The notes beneath the pieces are model-generated. The model saw only the letters and a program-made list of their open reading frames with translations. It did not search any database and was not told the DNA's origin. A DNA stretch of 63,598 nt, the filler included, from Saprolegnia diclina VS20 (Eukaryota): NCBI RefSeq assembly GCF_000281045.1. It is 9 parts of 5 records of this genome, joined end to end, with 100 filler letters (N's around TTAATTAATTAA, not from the genome) between each part and the next. Parts side by side here need not be neighbours in the genome. Positions count along the whole stretch, not along the records: positions 28,381 to 39,093 come from NW_008246234.1; positions 39,194 to 41,980 come from NW_008246234.1; positions 42,081 to 43,947 come from NW_008246235.1; positions 44,048 to 48,751 come from NW_008246236.1; 5 more parts are not named here. One strand, 5' to 3'. A program made the position numbers and the translations under genes. Shown here piece by piece: positions 36,458 to 48,523 of the stretch (its first letter is position 1; every line of letters begins with the position of its first letter).

Positions 36458-37387
36458 CGTCCAATGACCAGCGGCAGCTTGGCCACTGCGCTGGATTGTG
36501 GCCGATCCTGTGCCAAATATTTTTAAAAAATCGAAATCGCCAGTATCAATTGATATCAACTCGCCCGACGCCGGACCGACAAGAGGCAGCTTCCGCAGCC
36601 TTTGCGCAGAGCAAAGCGACAAAGAGCAAGCGCAAGGTGCCCGCGCGTCGAGCTGCGGCCAAGGATCGTACCGTACCGGCGCTTGGACGTGGCGCGGCCT
36701 GGTTGAAGTTGGGGATGTGCTTTGCGTTCCTGAGGATACCAACTGCGACGGAGCTTCGTCTCGGTTGGGTCAACGAGCCTCTGGTACACTACTCCAAGAT
36801 ATCAAGTTGCTGCATTCATCGACGTGTGATCGTCGTGCTTGCAAACCTTGACGTTGTCTGCTGTGCCTTTGCTGAGCAAGCAGGGAGTATGCGCATAGAA
36901 GACACGCTCTCAGCTGACGGGTGCGATCAGTACTGTACGAGGGGCGAGGGTGTCGAGTTGGCGGATGGCGAGACGTTGGCCTTGAAGCCACATAGAGCAC
37001 TCTACACTTGGTCTAGTTCTTCTCTAGTTCGTCGTCTAGTCGACTAGTCGCTCATCAACCATCAACCACCGTCGTCGTTGCGAGTTTGCCGCAGATTGCC
37101 CCGTCGCCGATCACTCGTTCAGAACCCGCCGTACATTCGGGTACGTACATGACACGTACATTGCACGTACGACCACGTCGAAGGAGACCTCGGCCGCGGC
37201 CGAGCCACCATGCTTGGGCGTACGTGGCCGCTGCCGTGGCCCTGGTCGCTGGCAGCTGGCGCCGACGACGTCCCATGGCAGGCTGCTGGATCGCGCACGT
37301 GTGGCCGCGCGACGAGGACCAGAATCCCACTTTGCACCAGCTGGCAGGTCGATGGGTGCCATATTGGCCGCAGTTGAGAATTCACCG

Positions 37388-39093
37388 ATGGCGATCGCCG
37401 TCAGCTACCGGTCGCTCGAGGGCGCGCGCGTGAACGCCATCAACGCGGTCGACGGCAAGGGCCGGACAGCGCTTGCCCGCGCCTGCCACGACGGCAACTT
37501 TGCAGAGGTGCTGCAGCTTCTCGCGCACCCGCACATTGACATTTCGCTCGAAGACGACTCGGGCATGTCGCCGATCGAGTGGGCCATCAAGCACAACCAC
37601 CACGCGTGCGCAAGCCTCGTGCGCAATGAAGCGTACTTCCGCGCGTCCCACCGCGACAACGCCTTCCAGACGCACCTGCACGCCGAGCTGCAGTGCGCGG
37701 ACGCGGTCTTTGACGAGCGGCTCTTCCGCCAGGCGGTCGAGACAGACCCGTCGGCCGCCATGAAGTACCTCGACCAGTTTGCGTCTTCGGACCGGTACTA
37801 CTACCACTTCTCGCAGCTCGACGCGATTTACGGCCGGAAGAACGTCAAGTCGTCGGCGCTGTATGCGATTTTGAACAGCAACATCTTGCCGGCGCAGGAC
37901 GAGGCCAAGTACGTGTGCCTCCAGCACGTGGTCATGCAGCGCATCCTCGACATCAAGTGGGAGCTCTTCGCCGAGCGCATGTACTACTTCCAGCTGCTCA
38001 TTTTCGGACTCATGATGACGGCCATGACCATGGTCATCGCGTCCTCGTACGCGATCGCCGTCTACATTGAGAAGGAGCAGCTCGACGAGGTCGTCGACGA
38101 GGACTCGACGACCGGCGTCACGATCCGGCTCATGTTCCACCTCTGGAGCCTTGTGTGCATCTACTGCCTCGTCGCCAAGGCGCAGCTCCGCGGCCTCACG
38201 CCCGAGTACCTCTACCGCCTCGCGCGCTGGCAGCACGACGGCGTCTGGGCACCCTTCGACCGCAACATCACCATTCCGTCGCTGTCGCTGCACAAGTCGT
38301 ACGCCAAGTGGTACCTCTTCAAGCTCTCGATCGTCGTGACCGTCCTCTTCGCGACGCCGTGGTGCGCCTACATTGGATTTGGCTTTACCGGCGCGCTCGG
38401 CATCGAGAAGCTCGGCTTTATGGTGCTGGCGACGGTCATGTCGACCGCCGGCGTGCTCCTCGTGACGGCGCTCTACTTTCTCTTGCTCGAGTACCGCGAG
38501 ATCCTCGGCGAGGACCCGTGGATCCACGAACGCCGGGCGAACGCGGGTCTCTGCGGCTGGCTGTTCTGGACGTTTGTGCTCGTCTTCTTGCTGCCGCTCG
38601 CGACGCCGTTCATGCGCCGGTACAAAAAATACTTTGGCTCGTGGTTCAACATTCTCCAGCTCCTCACGTACATGTGCATCGTGCCCTTTGCGCTCCTCTC
38701 GATCCTCTGCCTCGTGCCTGAGTTCCAGGGCCTCATCAAGGACGTCTACCTCTGCCTCGGCGCCTTCATCACGCTCAGTCTCTGGATGCTCTCGCTCCAG
38801 TACCTCGAGGTCAACAAGACCGCCGGGTACCTCCTCCCGATGCTCATGGACGCGCTCGGCGACGTGTGGGACTTTGTGGTCTTCTACGGCGTCTTCCAGT
38901 GCGGCCTCACATGCGCCTTCTACTTTATCTTTCAGCAAAAGTCGGACAACTACAAGACGCTCTGGGCGAGCTTCCGGACCACGTACTTTGTCTTGTACGG
39001 CGACAACAACGTCGACGACTTTGCCGAGACGGACCTCGAAGGCGACCGCGTCCTGCCGGCGCTCATCACCCAATTCGGCTACGCCCTCCGGAT
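37388..39093 (+). CDS. Ankyrin-repeat TRP-like cation channel, copy 2 (3' end cut by contig end)
   Basis: GRTALARAC, LDIKWELFA, SWFNILQLL, TYFVLYGD; head-to-head with copy 1. Confidence 0.8.
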
Positions 39094-39193
39094 NNNNNNN
39101 NNNNNNNNNNNNNNNNNNNNNNNNNNNNNNNNNNNNNTTAATTAATTAANNNNNNNNNNNNNNNNNNNNNNNNNNNNNNNNNNNNNNNNNNNN

Positions 39194-40816
39194 GTGCTGC
39201 AGCGTGTGCTGGACGTCAAGTGGGAGCTCTTTGGCGCCCGCAAGTACTACCAGCAGCTGCTCTTGTACGTCCTCATGATCGGCGCCGTGCTCACGACGGT
39301 CACGTACGACTTTCGAATGCGAGCCGCCGTCATCGCGTCGCGGGCCATCGAAGACGACGAGCGCGAGGCCGTCCAGCGCGCTCGCAAGCTCATCTACTCG
39401 TTTCCCGTGCAGCTCACGCTGTGGCTCATCGTGGTCATCTTTGCCTTTTTCGCGTTTGTTCATCTGCGCCACCTCAAGCCGCACAAGTTCACCAAGCTCA
39501 CGCGCTGGATGTACGACGGCAAGTACGTCTTCGACCCGGCGTTTGCAATCCCCGAGGCTGCTGTGTACAAGGCCAAGGCCAAGGCGTGGCTGCTTCGGCG
39601 CACGATTCTCTGGACCGTCCTCGTTGCGACGCCGATCGTCGTGGTGTACGCCCTGCGTCGCCAGGAAGGCAACAGCATGCCCGATTTGATCCTCGCGATG
39701 TCGGCCTTCCTTGGCTACTGGCTCATTGCCTTCTACTTTCTCCACCTCGAAGTCCAGGAGCTCCTTGGCGAAGACCCGTGGCTCGTCCAGCGCCGCGCCA
39801 AGGCCAACCTTTTCGGCAAGGTGTTTTGGTCGATTGTCATCATCTTCTACGTGCCGATCACGCCGTTCTTGATGTCGTACCGCAAGTACTATGCGTCGTT
39901 CACCAACAAGCTCCAAGTGATCACGTACCTCTGCCTCCTCGGGCCCTTTTTCTGGCTCCAGCTGGCCCAGTTATTGATCTCGAGTGTCAACTACGGCAAT
40001 CAGGACTGGCAGATTGAGATGTACACGTCGGTGAACGGCGTCTTCGTCTGCCTCGGCGCGTTCATCATTTTGAGTCTCTGGATGCTCTCACTCCAGTACC
40101 TCGAGGTCAACAAGACCGCCGGCTACCTCCTCCCGATCGTCAAGGACGTCATGGGCGACGTGTGGGACTTCCTCATCTTCTACGGCGTCTTCCAGTGCGG
40201 CCTCACGTGCGCGTATTACTTTATCTTTCAGCAAAAGTCCGACAGCTACAAGACGCTCTGGGCCAGCTTCCGCGCGACGTACTTTGTCATGTACGGCGAG
40301 AACGGCGTCGGCGACTTCAACGCCAAGGACGACGACAAGAAGCACCTTCTCGAAGGGCCGATCATGCACTTTGGCTTCATTCTGCGCATGTTCCACTGCG
40401 CGGTCATGGTCGTTTTGCTTCTCAACCTCCTCCTTGCGATGATGAACAAGACGGTCGATCGCAACTGGGCCAAGCTCCAGTCGCGGGCGCTGGCGAGCTA
40501 CGCGCGCTGCGTGCTGCGCCTCGAGACGATGCTCGGTCGTACCGAGGCGGCCCGCGAGAATCTGCTCCAGATGAAATTGCCGAAGTCGGCTGGCGGCGGT
40601 ACGATGCGCAACCCGGTCTTTCAAGAGCGCGTCGCCAAGCACGAAGTGACCGCAGCGCTGGACGGAGACGCGAATAACGAGACGCTCGAAGCCACGGTGC
40701 AGTACCTGGCGGAGCAGAACGAGCGCTTTGGCTCGCAGCTCACGGCGCTCAACGCGTCGGTGCAGACGCAAATGCAAACGATCCTTCTCGCGACGCAAAA
40801 GCTCCATCGCGATTAA
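39194..40816 (+). CDS. TRP-like cation channel, copy 3 (5' end cut by contig start)
   Basis: Begins at VLQRVLDVKWELFG, repeating a region already encoded by copy 2, so it is a separate gene; LLLNLLLAMMNKT; stop at 40814-40816. Confidence 0.8.
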   Translation: MLQRVLDVKWELFGARKYYQQLLLYVLMIGAVLTTVTYDFRMRAAVIASRAIEDDEREAVQRARKLIYSFPVQLTLWLIVVIFAFFAFVHLRHLKPHKFTKLTRWMYDGKYVFDPAFAIPEAAVYKAKAKAWLLRRTILWTVLVATPIVVVYALRRQEGNSMPDLILAMSAFLGYWLIAFYFLHLEVQELLGEDPWLVQRRAKANLFGKVFWSIVIIFYVPITPFLMSYRKYYASFTNKLQVITYLCLLGPFFWLQLAQLLISSVNYGNQDWQIEMYTSVNGVFVCLGAFIILSLWMLSLQYLEVNKTAGYLLPIVKDVMGDVWDFLIFYGVFQCGLTCAYYFIFQQKSDSYKTLWASFRATYFVMYGENGVGDFNAKDDDKKHLLEGPIMHFGFILRMFHCAVMVVLLLNLLLAMMNKTVDRNWAKLQSRALASYARCVLRLETMLGRTEAARENLLQMKLPKSAGGGTMRNPVFQERVAKHEVTAALDGDANNETLEATVQYLAEQNERFGSQLTALNASVQTQMQTILLATQKLHRD

Positions 40817-40918
40817 AGAGATGCCAACATGAGATGGGCGACTTGCATTTTTGCTATATTTTTTGTTGATCAAACCGCCCTATGAATTTATCCAACTAGA
40901 CTAACGAGACGACGGTAA

Positions 40919-41980
40919 CTAGACGACGGCGCAGTATTGCACTGTCGACGGTCCTGCGTTCTGGAGCGTCGCGAGCGCAGGGACAAACACGCCCGCGTCG
41001 TTTGTGAGCAGCATCGTTCCGTCGTCCGAAGTGCGAAATTCGATCGCGTGGCCGTGCGCCGCGTCGGGCAGCGCGACCATGGCCGTCGTGCTCCATAAAT
41101 TCACTGACGCGTAGATCAGGTAGAGATCGGCGACTGGCATGAGCAGCACGCAGCGGTGGTCGAGCACAATCGAACGCGACCCGGCAATAAGCCGCGCGAG
41201 GTCAAAGCCGGCGCAGACGCGGTGCTGGTCAATGACCTTGAAGAACGAGTTGTCGCGGTGGTTGGGGCACGTCCATGAGAGCAGCGATCGCATAAGAAGC
41301 GCCAAGAGGACGTCAAAGCCGATGGCGAGCCCGTGGTTCACGAGGAGGCTTTGCCAGTCCTCCGAGTCGGTGAACGAGCCTTTGTACAAGCCGTGCGCCT
41401 GGTCGACGACGTTGACGCGGTCGGTCAAGTAGAGCTGGCCCCGAGTCCGTGTCGCGACGAAAGAAGAAACGATGAAGGCAAAGACGAGGGTTCGACACGA
41501 GCAGTACATCTCGAGGAGCCGGAGTTGCTGCAGTGGCCAGTTGAAACCATTCGGCAGCCGGATCGTCGTCACAACAAATCGAATGCACGTCCAGACGCCG
41601 ATGCTCACCCAGGCGTGGCGCATCGCGTACATGGCGCCCTTGATAAAGTACGTGGCGCCACCGCTGATGGTCCACTCGTAGTACAAGACCTCGACCAGCA
41701 TTTGCGTCTCCGCGGTCGTCCCGATACCGTACATACAGTTGCCGATGAGGTACCACGGGTTGACGAGCCAGATCTGCGAGAGACTCATCGTGGCGACGCC
41801 GCTGTTGAGGGTTGGGGTTGCCTGCCGCCGGCCAATGAAAGTGTCCACCATCACATCGTAGTGCAGGCGCGAGACAGTGGGGATGTGCGTCACGAGCCAA
41901 TAGGACGACCGAACGAACTCGCGGAGCAGCACAACGATGACGATGAGCTGCCCGCCAATGTCCAAGAAGGACATCAGCAC
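40919..41980 (-). CDS. Multi-pass membrane protein, 5'-partial
   Basis: 353-aa open frame running from the gap, several hydrophobic helices, coding-like codon usage. Confidence 0.6.
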   Translation of the reverse strand: MLMSFLDIGGQLIVIVVLLREFVRSSYWLVTHIPTVSRLHYDVMVDTFIGRRQATPTLNSGVATMSLSQIWLVNPWYLIGNCMYGIGTTAETQMLVEVLYYEWTISGGATYFIKGAMYAMRHAWVSIGVWTCIRFVVTTIRLPNGFNWPLQQLRLLEMYCSCRTLVFAFIVSSFVATRTRGQLYLTDRVNVVDQAHGLYKGSFTDSEDWQSLLVNHGLAIGFDVLLALLMRSLLSWTCPNHRDNSFFKVIDQHRVCAGFDLARLIAGSRSIVLDHRCVLLMPVADLYLIYASVNLWSTTAMVALPDAAHGHAIEFRTSDDGTMLLTNDAGVFVPALATLQNAGPSTVQYCAVV

Positions 41981-42220
41981 NNNNNNNNNNNNNNNNNNNN
42001 NNNNNNNNNNNNNNNNNNNNNNNNTTAATTAATTAANNNNNNNNNNNNNNNNNNNNNNNNNNNNNNNNNNNNNNNNNNNNCCATACGTGGCAGCCGCAGA
42101 GGGTGCGTCGACGTGTGGCGCGGCGTCCGAGTCGATTTTGATGGTCATGGGCCAACTGCACCGTTGTAAAGGCTGTGGGAGGGTGTAAGCACACAGCACC
42201 ACGCCTGTCTCCTTTGGCAG

Positions 42221-43355
42221 TGCTTTGGAGCGCCATAAGGCAGAGCTCAGTCGAGCTCGCTCTTGCTGCGAGCGTCACCGACCTATTGCCCCCGCTCACT
42301 GGCGCACCAAGTACGACAATCTCGGGGCGCTGGCCGAAGCATACCGCGCGGCCCGCAGCGCCGGCACGATCGACGCCCTTGACAAGGCCACGCTCGTCGA
42401 GTTCGGCTTGGTGTGGGACCTTGCCTTCCACGCGCTCTGGCCCGACATCCTCGCGTTTCTGCAGCTCTGGGCCACGCAGCGTAAGACCCTCCATGACGAC
42501 GCGGTGCTGACGAGCGACGTGCTGTGGCCGCCAGCGCTGTTGCAGCAGCCGATCGGGTACTACTTGACGCTCTTGGACGTCCACGAAGACGCGGCGGCGC
42601 CGTCACACCGCAGCATCCTCGACGCGTTTGGGTTCGACTACGACCGGCGGTGGCAAAACAAGCTGGAAGCGCTCGAATTGTACCGGCTCCAGCATGGCAG
42701 CACGGACGTTCCGACCGGGTACGTCGTGCCAAGCACCGACGAAGCCAGCAGCCCGTGGCCATTGGCACTGCAAGGCCTGCGACTCGGCGATATCGTCGTC
42801 TGGCTCCGCGAGCTACGCCCGCACATGGAAGAGCGCAAGGTCATGGAGCTTGATGCGCTTGGGTTCACGTGGGAATTGCCAACACCGACACCGGCGCCAA
42901 CACAGGTACCAACACCGGCACCGACCCTTCCGGAAACAGAGCCAGCTTCGTTGACGTCGGGCTTGAAGCGCAAGGCGCTCGCCATACCGCCGCAAATTGT
43001 CGTCGACCTCACCCTCGACGACGACGACGACGACGACGCCTTGGATGCTGACGACGACGCGTCACTCAAGAAACCTCGATGCACCGACTCCGACGACGCT
43101 GAAGTCGACGCGAACGATGTCAACTGGAGCCACTGCGTGCTCGGGCTCATGCTCTTCAAGTCGACGTTTGGTCACTTTGACGTCGCGTGTGGCTTTGCCG
43201 TGCCGGCCGACGACGTCCAGTGGCCGCAAATGCTGTGGCGCTTGCCCTTGGGACGCATCGTCCGAGCGCTGCAACTCGGGCACATTGCGCCGCCGTCGAG
43301 CACACGTCTGCACCTGCTCGCCATGGGCGTCCTCTGGCTGCCCACTTTGGAATAA
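42221..43355 (+). CDS. Helicase-associated (HA) domain repeat protein; start unresolved
   Basis: HA patterns WQNKLEALELYRLQHGSTDVP, WPxxLxGLRLG, LDALGFTW and FKSTFGHFDV; possible acceptor CAG ending at 42220. Confidence 0.7.
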
Positions 43356-44334
43356 TGTAAAATTGCATATCCTTGTGAGCTGACGAACTCCATGACTGCG
43401 CCAGCCGGACATGCACGGCGGCTCACCGTCGTGGACCACCTCCACGCAGGCTCAAGGACCTTCGTGCTTGGGAGCGTACGGTTGGGCAAGAGCATGTGCG
43501 CGGGCGGCGCCATCTTCCTGTCATCCATGGTAGCAAGGGCTTTTATGCTGCGCAGCTTGGCGAGGCCCATGACTGCGGACGCGTGCGAGTTGCCGTTGTG
43601 AATCGCCGGTAAAATGCTACACTTCAACATGGCACACGCCACGTTGCGTGCGATCAAAGATGGCATGCGCCGCGTTTAGTGTTCGCGCCATTCTCTCCAC
43701 GTGCAATGAATATGAGCTCACTTGGTACGTGTACTTCTTTGCTAACCACGATGCAGGAGGTTCGAGTCGAGGTAGCTTCAGCCCGGTGAGCCGCAATAGA
43801 CGACTCATCCAAGAAAAGGAGCAAGTAGCTAGAGCAAACATGGCTCGTGCTCAACAATATCCACTGCAACTCGATTAAAATCGAATTGACAATTGAAAAT
43901 CAAGTGCTTTTTGCAGGGTTGCTACGGGGCTACCACAGCTTGCGAATNNNNNNNNNNNNNNNNNNNNNNNNNNNNNNNNNNNNNNNNNNNNTTAATTAAT
44001 TAANNNNNNNNNNNNNNNNNNNNNNNNNNNNNNNNNNNNNNNNNNNNGTAGCGCACAGGTACCGTCCACTGCCAAAAGTGCAATCCGACGATGCTGCGCT
44101 GCCACGTCAGGGGATATTAACATCAGCAAATCTCTTCTCGTATGAAAATACGTTTTTACACGGGCAATCAACGCCTTGAAAATATTTTCGGCCATTGGCT
44201 TTTTGCAACGCACCGAGCTACCGCTTCTACTACCTTGTGTATACTCTGCTCTGGGTCGTCATGTCCCTGTGGTGGCTTGTTACGGGCTAACTCGATATCG
44301 CCACCGAATACGAGTCCTCTACCCAGGTAGCTAG

Positions 44335-45471
44335 TTATCTAGCTAGCAAGAAAGAGATCGATCGATTTATAGATAGATAGATCGGAAGTTCTCTTCGTGT
44401 TGTCCAATTTGGCAATATCAGCGTAGCTAGGACGTCCGCGGCCAAAAGCACGTACGAATCGCGGGGTGTCTGGAGGTCGTGGTTGTTGAACCACAGCACT
44501 TGGAGTTTTCTCGCGTGGTGAAAAGGCGACACATCAGGTGAGGGACCACGATGGCACTGCATCGATCTTCGAGCTTGGCTTGGAGACCGCAGTAAGGCTC
44601 CTTCTTGGTATGTGTTGTAGTCGCTGACCCAGCACGACGCGACGTTGTCGATCTCTAATGGCGTCGCCCCGCACACGCACTGGTGCCCGCGGAACGAGTT
44701 GTAGAACGGGTTGTACTTGATAACCAGCACGTACGGTGTCGTGGACCGGTTGACGGCCATCAAGTCCTCTTGGAGCCACGTCAGCTGCCGGTCGCGCTCG
44801 TGGCGCCAGTTGTTGCCGCCAAACTTGGCGGTTGCACCGATGTAGTCGTCAAGGAACACTGCGTGCACGAGCCCAATCGCGAGCGAGTAGTACGGTCGAA
44901 GGGCCTTCTTGCTGGCGTCCGAGAGGGGGCCGGGCACACGCCGCAAATACGCCTTGTAGTTTTCGTCGGCCGTGAGCACCTTGTGGTTGCCGTCAATGCC
45001 GGTGACGGAAATAGTCGCGAACGTGGCTTCTTGGAGCTCAAACCACTTGCCCCACTTGGCGCGTTTCCCGTCGGCGTACGGCCAGTCGCCGGCGACAAGG
45101 ATAGCGTGTGGGCGCAAGGCTTGGTACTTGTCAAGAGCGTTGAGATCGTCTTGTGCCGTGTCGCCAACGTCACCGACGAGGCCAAGGACTGTCGGTGTCG
45201 CGTCGTCGCCCGGCGATGGCGGCACAAGAAACGTCGACGCAAATGACCCGACGCAGTACTCGACCGTGGCGCCGCTCGGCAAGTCGCAGAGACTCACCGA
45301 GTGCAGATCCGGCGACTTGAACTTGTCGCCGCCGTACGTGTCGATGGTTGTTTGCGGAAGAAGACGTTGCTTTGGCATGCGCTTGAAAAGCCCAAGTGCA
45401 CGTGACTGATGTGCGTCGCCCATGACAGCGAGAGCAACGAGGACCGCGCCAAGACGTTGCCGACGCGTCAT
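44335..45471 (-). pseudogene. Purple acid phosphatase (calcineurin-like) pseudogene
   Basis: GDVG and GDWPYADG present; GNHE changed to GNHK; VxxH changed to VIKY; apparent frameshift near 44600 (EPYCGLQAKLED in another frame); GHxH motif absent. Confidence 0.7.
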
Positions 45472-46285
45472 GGCGAAGAAATCGAAAGGATCGTGTTCCA
45501 GTAGCTTAGAAACGGGGCGTGTCCTTGGCGATTCGACAGACGATTGGTCGCTTGGCCAACTCGAATGACCTTCCGTAATGCTGCACTCCAGACGAGGTTG
45601 AATCTACGAGGCAAAAGATGGCTACCGTCAGCCTCCTCGTGCGCGCAAGTGCAGTAGCACCCGTAGACAGGAGGGTCGATGGGCTGTGGCTGCAGCGGCA
45701 CACACGTGCTTCTGGCTGGAACTGCTGGAACACGGCGTCGTCTCAGATAGGCGCCAGGACGATTCAAACAGATTGGCTATGAAACAACGTCGCCTCATCT
45801 CGGCGATAAGGTCACTCTGTCAAGTGCTCTGTTGATTGTATGTCAGTTGATCATTTAGCTCAATGTGATAAATGCGAGTCAAATGGATGGTCAGGTCACA
45901 TGACAACGACCCAACGAAATGATAACGCCACGTCCATCACATTTTGGTCGCTGGGCTGTTGACCCTGAAGGAACCCCCACATAACATGGGCGCTGCTAGC
46001 CTCTGGTCGCTGACTCGTGCACCAAGTACGTACAAGGATGACAGCATCTCGGACGCGACGAGTCGGTATGTTCGCTGTGGGCCAATGTCGATGGTATGCC
46101 AAGTGATAGGCGTGCGCAGCTTCAACTCGACGCAACTTGATAAAACCTGAGTTTTATCTAGTATCCGGACAGTTGGGGTATAAAACCGGCACCTTGCGTG
46201 CGTTTTACTACCCATCCGGGTGTTTAAACCCAGGTGGCGAGAGGAAGTGTACCATTCAAAGAGCAACCCTCGTGTGACGTCAGCC

Positions 46286-48205
46286 ATGAGCCGCTTCGTC
46301 CCGTGCACAGCCATCTTGCTCAGCGCGGCGCTGTCGCTTCTCTTCAACGTGGTCTGGCGCGCGCAGCTGCCAGCGCCTCTGGACGTGCCACCCACGGATG
46401 GGCGCTTCGCCGGCGCCACCGCCTACAAGTCGCTCGAGACAATCGCCCGCGCTTCGCACCCGATCACGACCGACGCCAACTACAATGTGTACAACTACCT
46501 CTACGACGCGCTCGAAGTCCTTCGCACGACGCACCCGCGCCTCGTCCTCGACACGCCCCGGGCCACGCTCGTCGCGGACGACCTGCCATCGACGTACGCC
46601 CCGGCTGTGCCCCGCGACGCCGAGTGTGCCAACGCATCGTGGTACCTCAACGAGACGCAGATCATTGCGCGCGTGCCGGGCTCTTCCAACGATAGCATCC
46701 TCCTCACGGCCCACTTTGACTCGGTCTCGTCGTCGTTTGGCGCGTCCGACGACGGCGCCGGCGTCGCCGTGCTGCTCCACGTGCTCTCGACGTTGCTCGC
46801 GCGCAATGCAACCAGTAGACACAGCCTCGTTCTCTTTCTCAACAACGGCGAAGAGACCGGGCTCTGCGGCTCGAAATGGTTTGTCCGGCAACAGTTGGTC
46901 GCCAAGTACAACGTCAAGGCTTTTCTCAACATCGAAGGCGGCGGGGCAGGCGGCCGCGCAATCCTCTTTCGAACGACAGACGATGCACTCGCGTCCTTGT
47001 ACGCGTCGGTCGCACCGCACCCGCACATGAACAGCCTCGGCGGCTTCCTCATCAAGGTCCTCGGCAGCGCGACCGACTACGAGATCTACCAGCCCGCGGG
47101 CATTCCGGGCCTCGACGTCGCGTTCTACGAGCACCGCGAGTACTACCACACACGGGACGACTCTCTCGCTCATATTTCGCCGGCCGATGTCCAATATTGC
47201 GGCGACAACGTCCTCGCCATCACAAGTGCGCTGCTGTCGCTGCCCACCTTGCAGTTTGACGCCGCCGGGTCGGCCTTGTACTTTGACATCCTTGGCTCGT
47301 TTGGCGTTGCGCTCACGCCGTATGTCCGCGCTCTCTTTACGCTGCTTGCGGTCGGTCTCGCGGCGCTCGTCCTGAGTGTGAGCTACCACTTCTTCCCGCT
47401 CTACGACACAATGATCGTCGTAACCCCCAAGGCATTTGCCCTCTCGGTGCTCGGCGAGTGGACGTACATTGTGCGGTCGTTTGGCCAAGCGCTCGTCGGC
47501 GGCCTTGTGCTGAATGCACCCGTCGCGCTGCTCGTGCATGGGACGCGCCACTCGCTCTTTGCGTCGCTTGCGCTGCCGTGCGGGTTCCTTGGGAACGTCC
47601 TCGGCGCCACCGCCGCCGCACACAAGTGGCGCCACGGCCAGCCTCACCCGAACGTCAACGCGTACATTCATTTCGCGGCGTCCGTCTCGTCGTGCAGCGC
47701 GGTGTTTGCGCTGCTGGCGCTCGTGCCGGGTCCGGTGTTGGTCTTGTTCGCGATCGCGTCGAGTGTCTACTCGAGTGTCTTGCTCGTCTTTATGGGCGCG
47801 ATCATGTACTTGCGCTACCACCACGAGACGTACGGCCCGGACGACGAGTCAACGTACATCCCGACGCGCACGGCCATGATGTACTACTCGTCGATTCGGT
47901 TTGAGAACGTGCTCTCGCCGCGTGCGCCGCAGCTGCGCGTCTACCTTGGTCTTGGGGCCGCCCTCGCCATCTACATGCTTTTGGCGTTTGAGCTCTCGGT
48001 CGACATCGCGCTGGCAGCTGCGTCGGTGGGCGCCAACGATGCGCTGGTGCTTGGGGTGTTGCCGCTGCTTTTGACGCCGACCTTGTATCTCCTCGTGTCG
48101 CTCTGCGCGTACTGGGAGCCCAACGCACCAAGCTACCGCTTCTACTACCTTGTGTACACTCTGCTCTGGGTCGTCATGTCCCTGTGGTGGCTTGTTACGG
48201 GCTAA
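46286..48205 (+). CDS. M28 zinc metallopeptidase with multi-pass C-terminus (ERMP1/Pff1-like)
   Basis: AHFDSV, GASDDGAG, NNGEETGLCGS, NIEGGG, TDYEIY and YHTRDD, followed by about 8 TM helices. Confidence 0.9.
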   Translation: MSRFVPCTAILLSAALSLLFNVVWRAQLPAPLDVPPTDGRFAGATAYKSLETIARASHPITTDANYNVYNYLYDALEVLRTTHPRLVLDTPRATLVADDLPSTYAPAVPRDAECANASWYLNETQIIARVPGSSNDSILLTAHFDSVSSSFGASDDGAGVAVLLHVLSTLLARNATSRHSLVLFLNNGEETGLCGSKWFVRQQLVAKYNVKAFLNIEGGGAGGRAILFRTTDDALASLYASVAPHPHMNSLGGFLIKVLGSATDYEIYQPAGIPGLDVAFYEHREYYHTRDDSLAHISPADVQYCGDNVLAITSALLSLPTLQFDAAGSALYFDILGSFGVALTPYVRALFTLLAVGLAALVLSVSYHFFPLYDTMIVVTPKAFALSVLGEWTYIVRSFGQALVGGLVLNAPVALLVHGTRHSLFASLALPCGFLGNVLGATAAAHKWRHGQPHPNVNAYIHFAASVSSCSAVFALLALVPGPVLVLFAIASSVYSSVLLVFMGAIMYLRYHHETYGPDDESTYIPTRTAMMYYSSIRFENVLSPRAPQLRVYLGLGAALAIYMLLAFELSVDIALAAASVGANDALVLGVLPLLLTPTLYLLVSLCAYWEPNAPSYRFYYLVYTLLWVVMSLWWLVTG

Positions 48206-48523
48206 CTCGAAGAAGGAGACAGACACGTATCTTGTTTTGTTGGCAGCTTACAATGGCAGAGTTGGTTGGGCTCTTGAGCCAAAGGCTCATGAAACACATA
48301 CTGGCTCTGCGCGCACCTGGTCGTCGATCCCGCGTTCACACAGAGCAGTGGCTTGTACTGGTCGCCACGCGGCGAAGCCACCAAAGCGGGTGCAATGCCA
48401 ATGCTTTGGACGGCAGCAGACAACCTGTGCACCCTAGATGCACGATTGATATCCTACTAGAATCACGCTCCAATCTACGTGTCGGCAATGCATTTGTTGC
48501 GAGCGGTGCCTTGTAATAGCGTA

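Noticed and set aside
37388..40816. One channel gene spanning the linker
   Set aside because: The second contig restarts at the pre-S1 KW motif already encoded upstream, with a different sequence, so these are two genes.
12240..47824. Long antisense or alternative-frame ORFs (e.g. 12240-13508, 34811-36100, 37382-39073, 46280-47824)
   Set aside because: Shadows of GC3-rich real genes; no motifs of their own.
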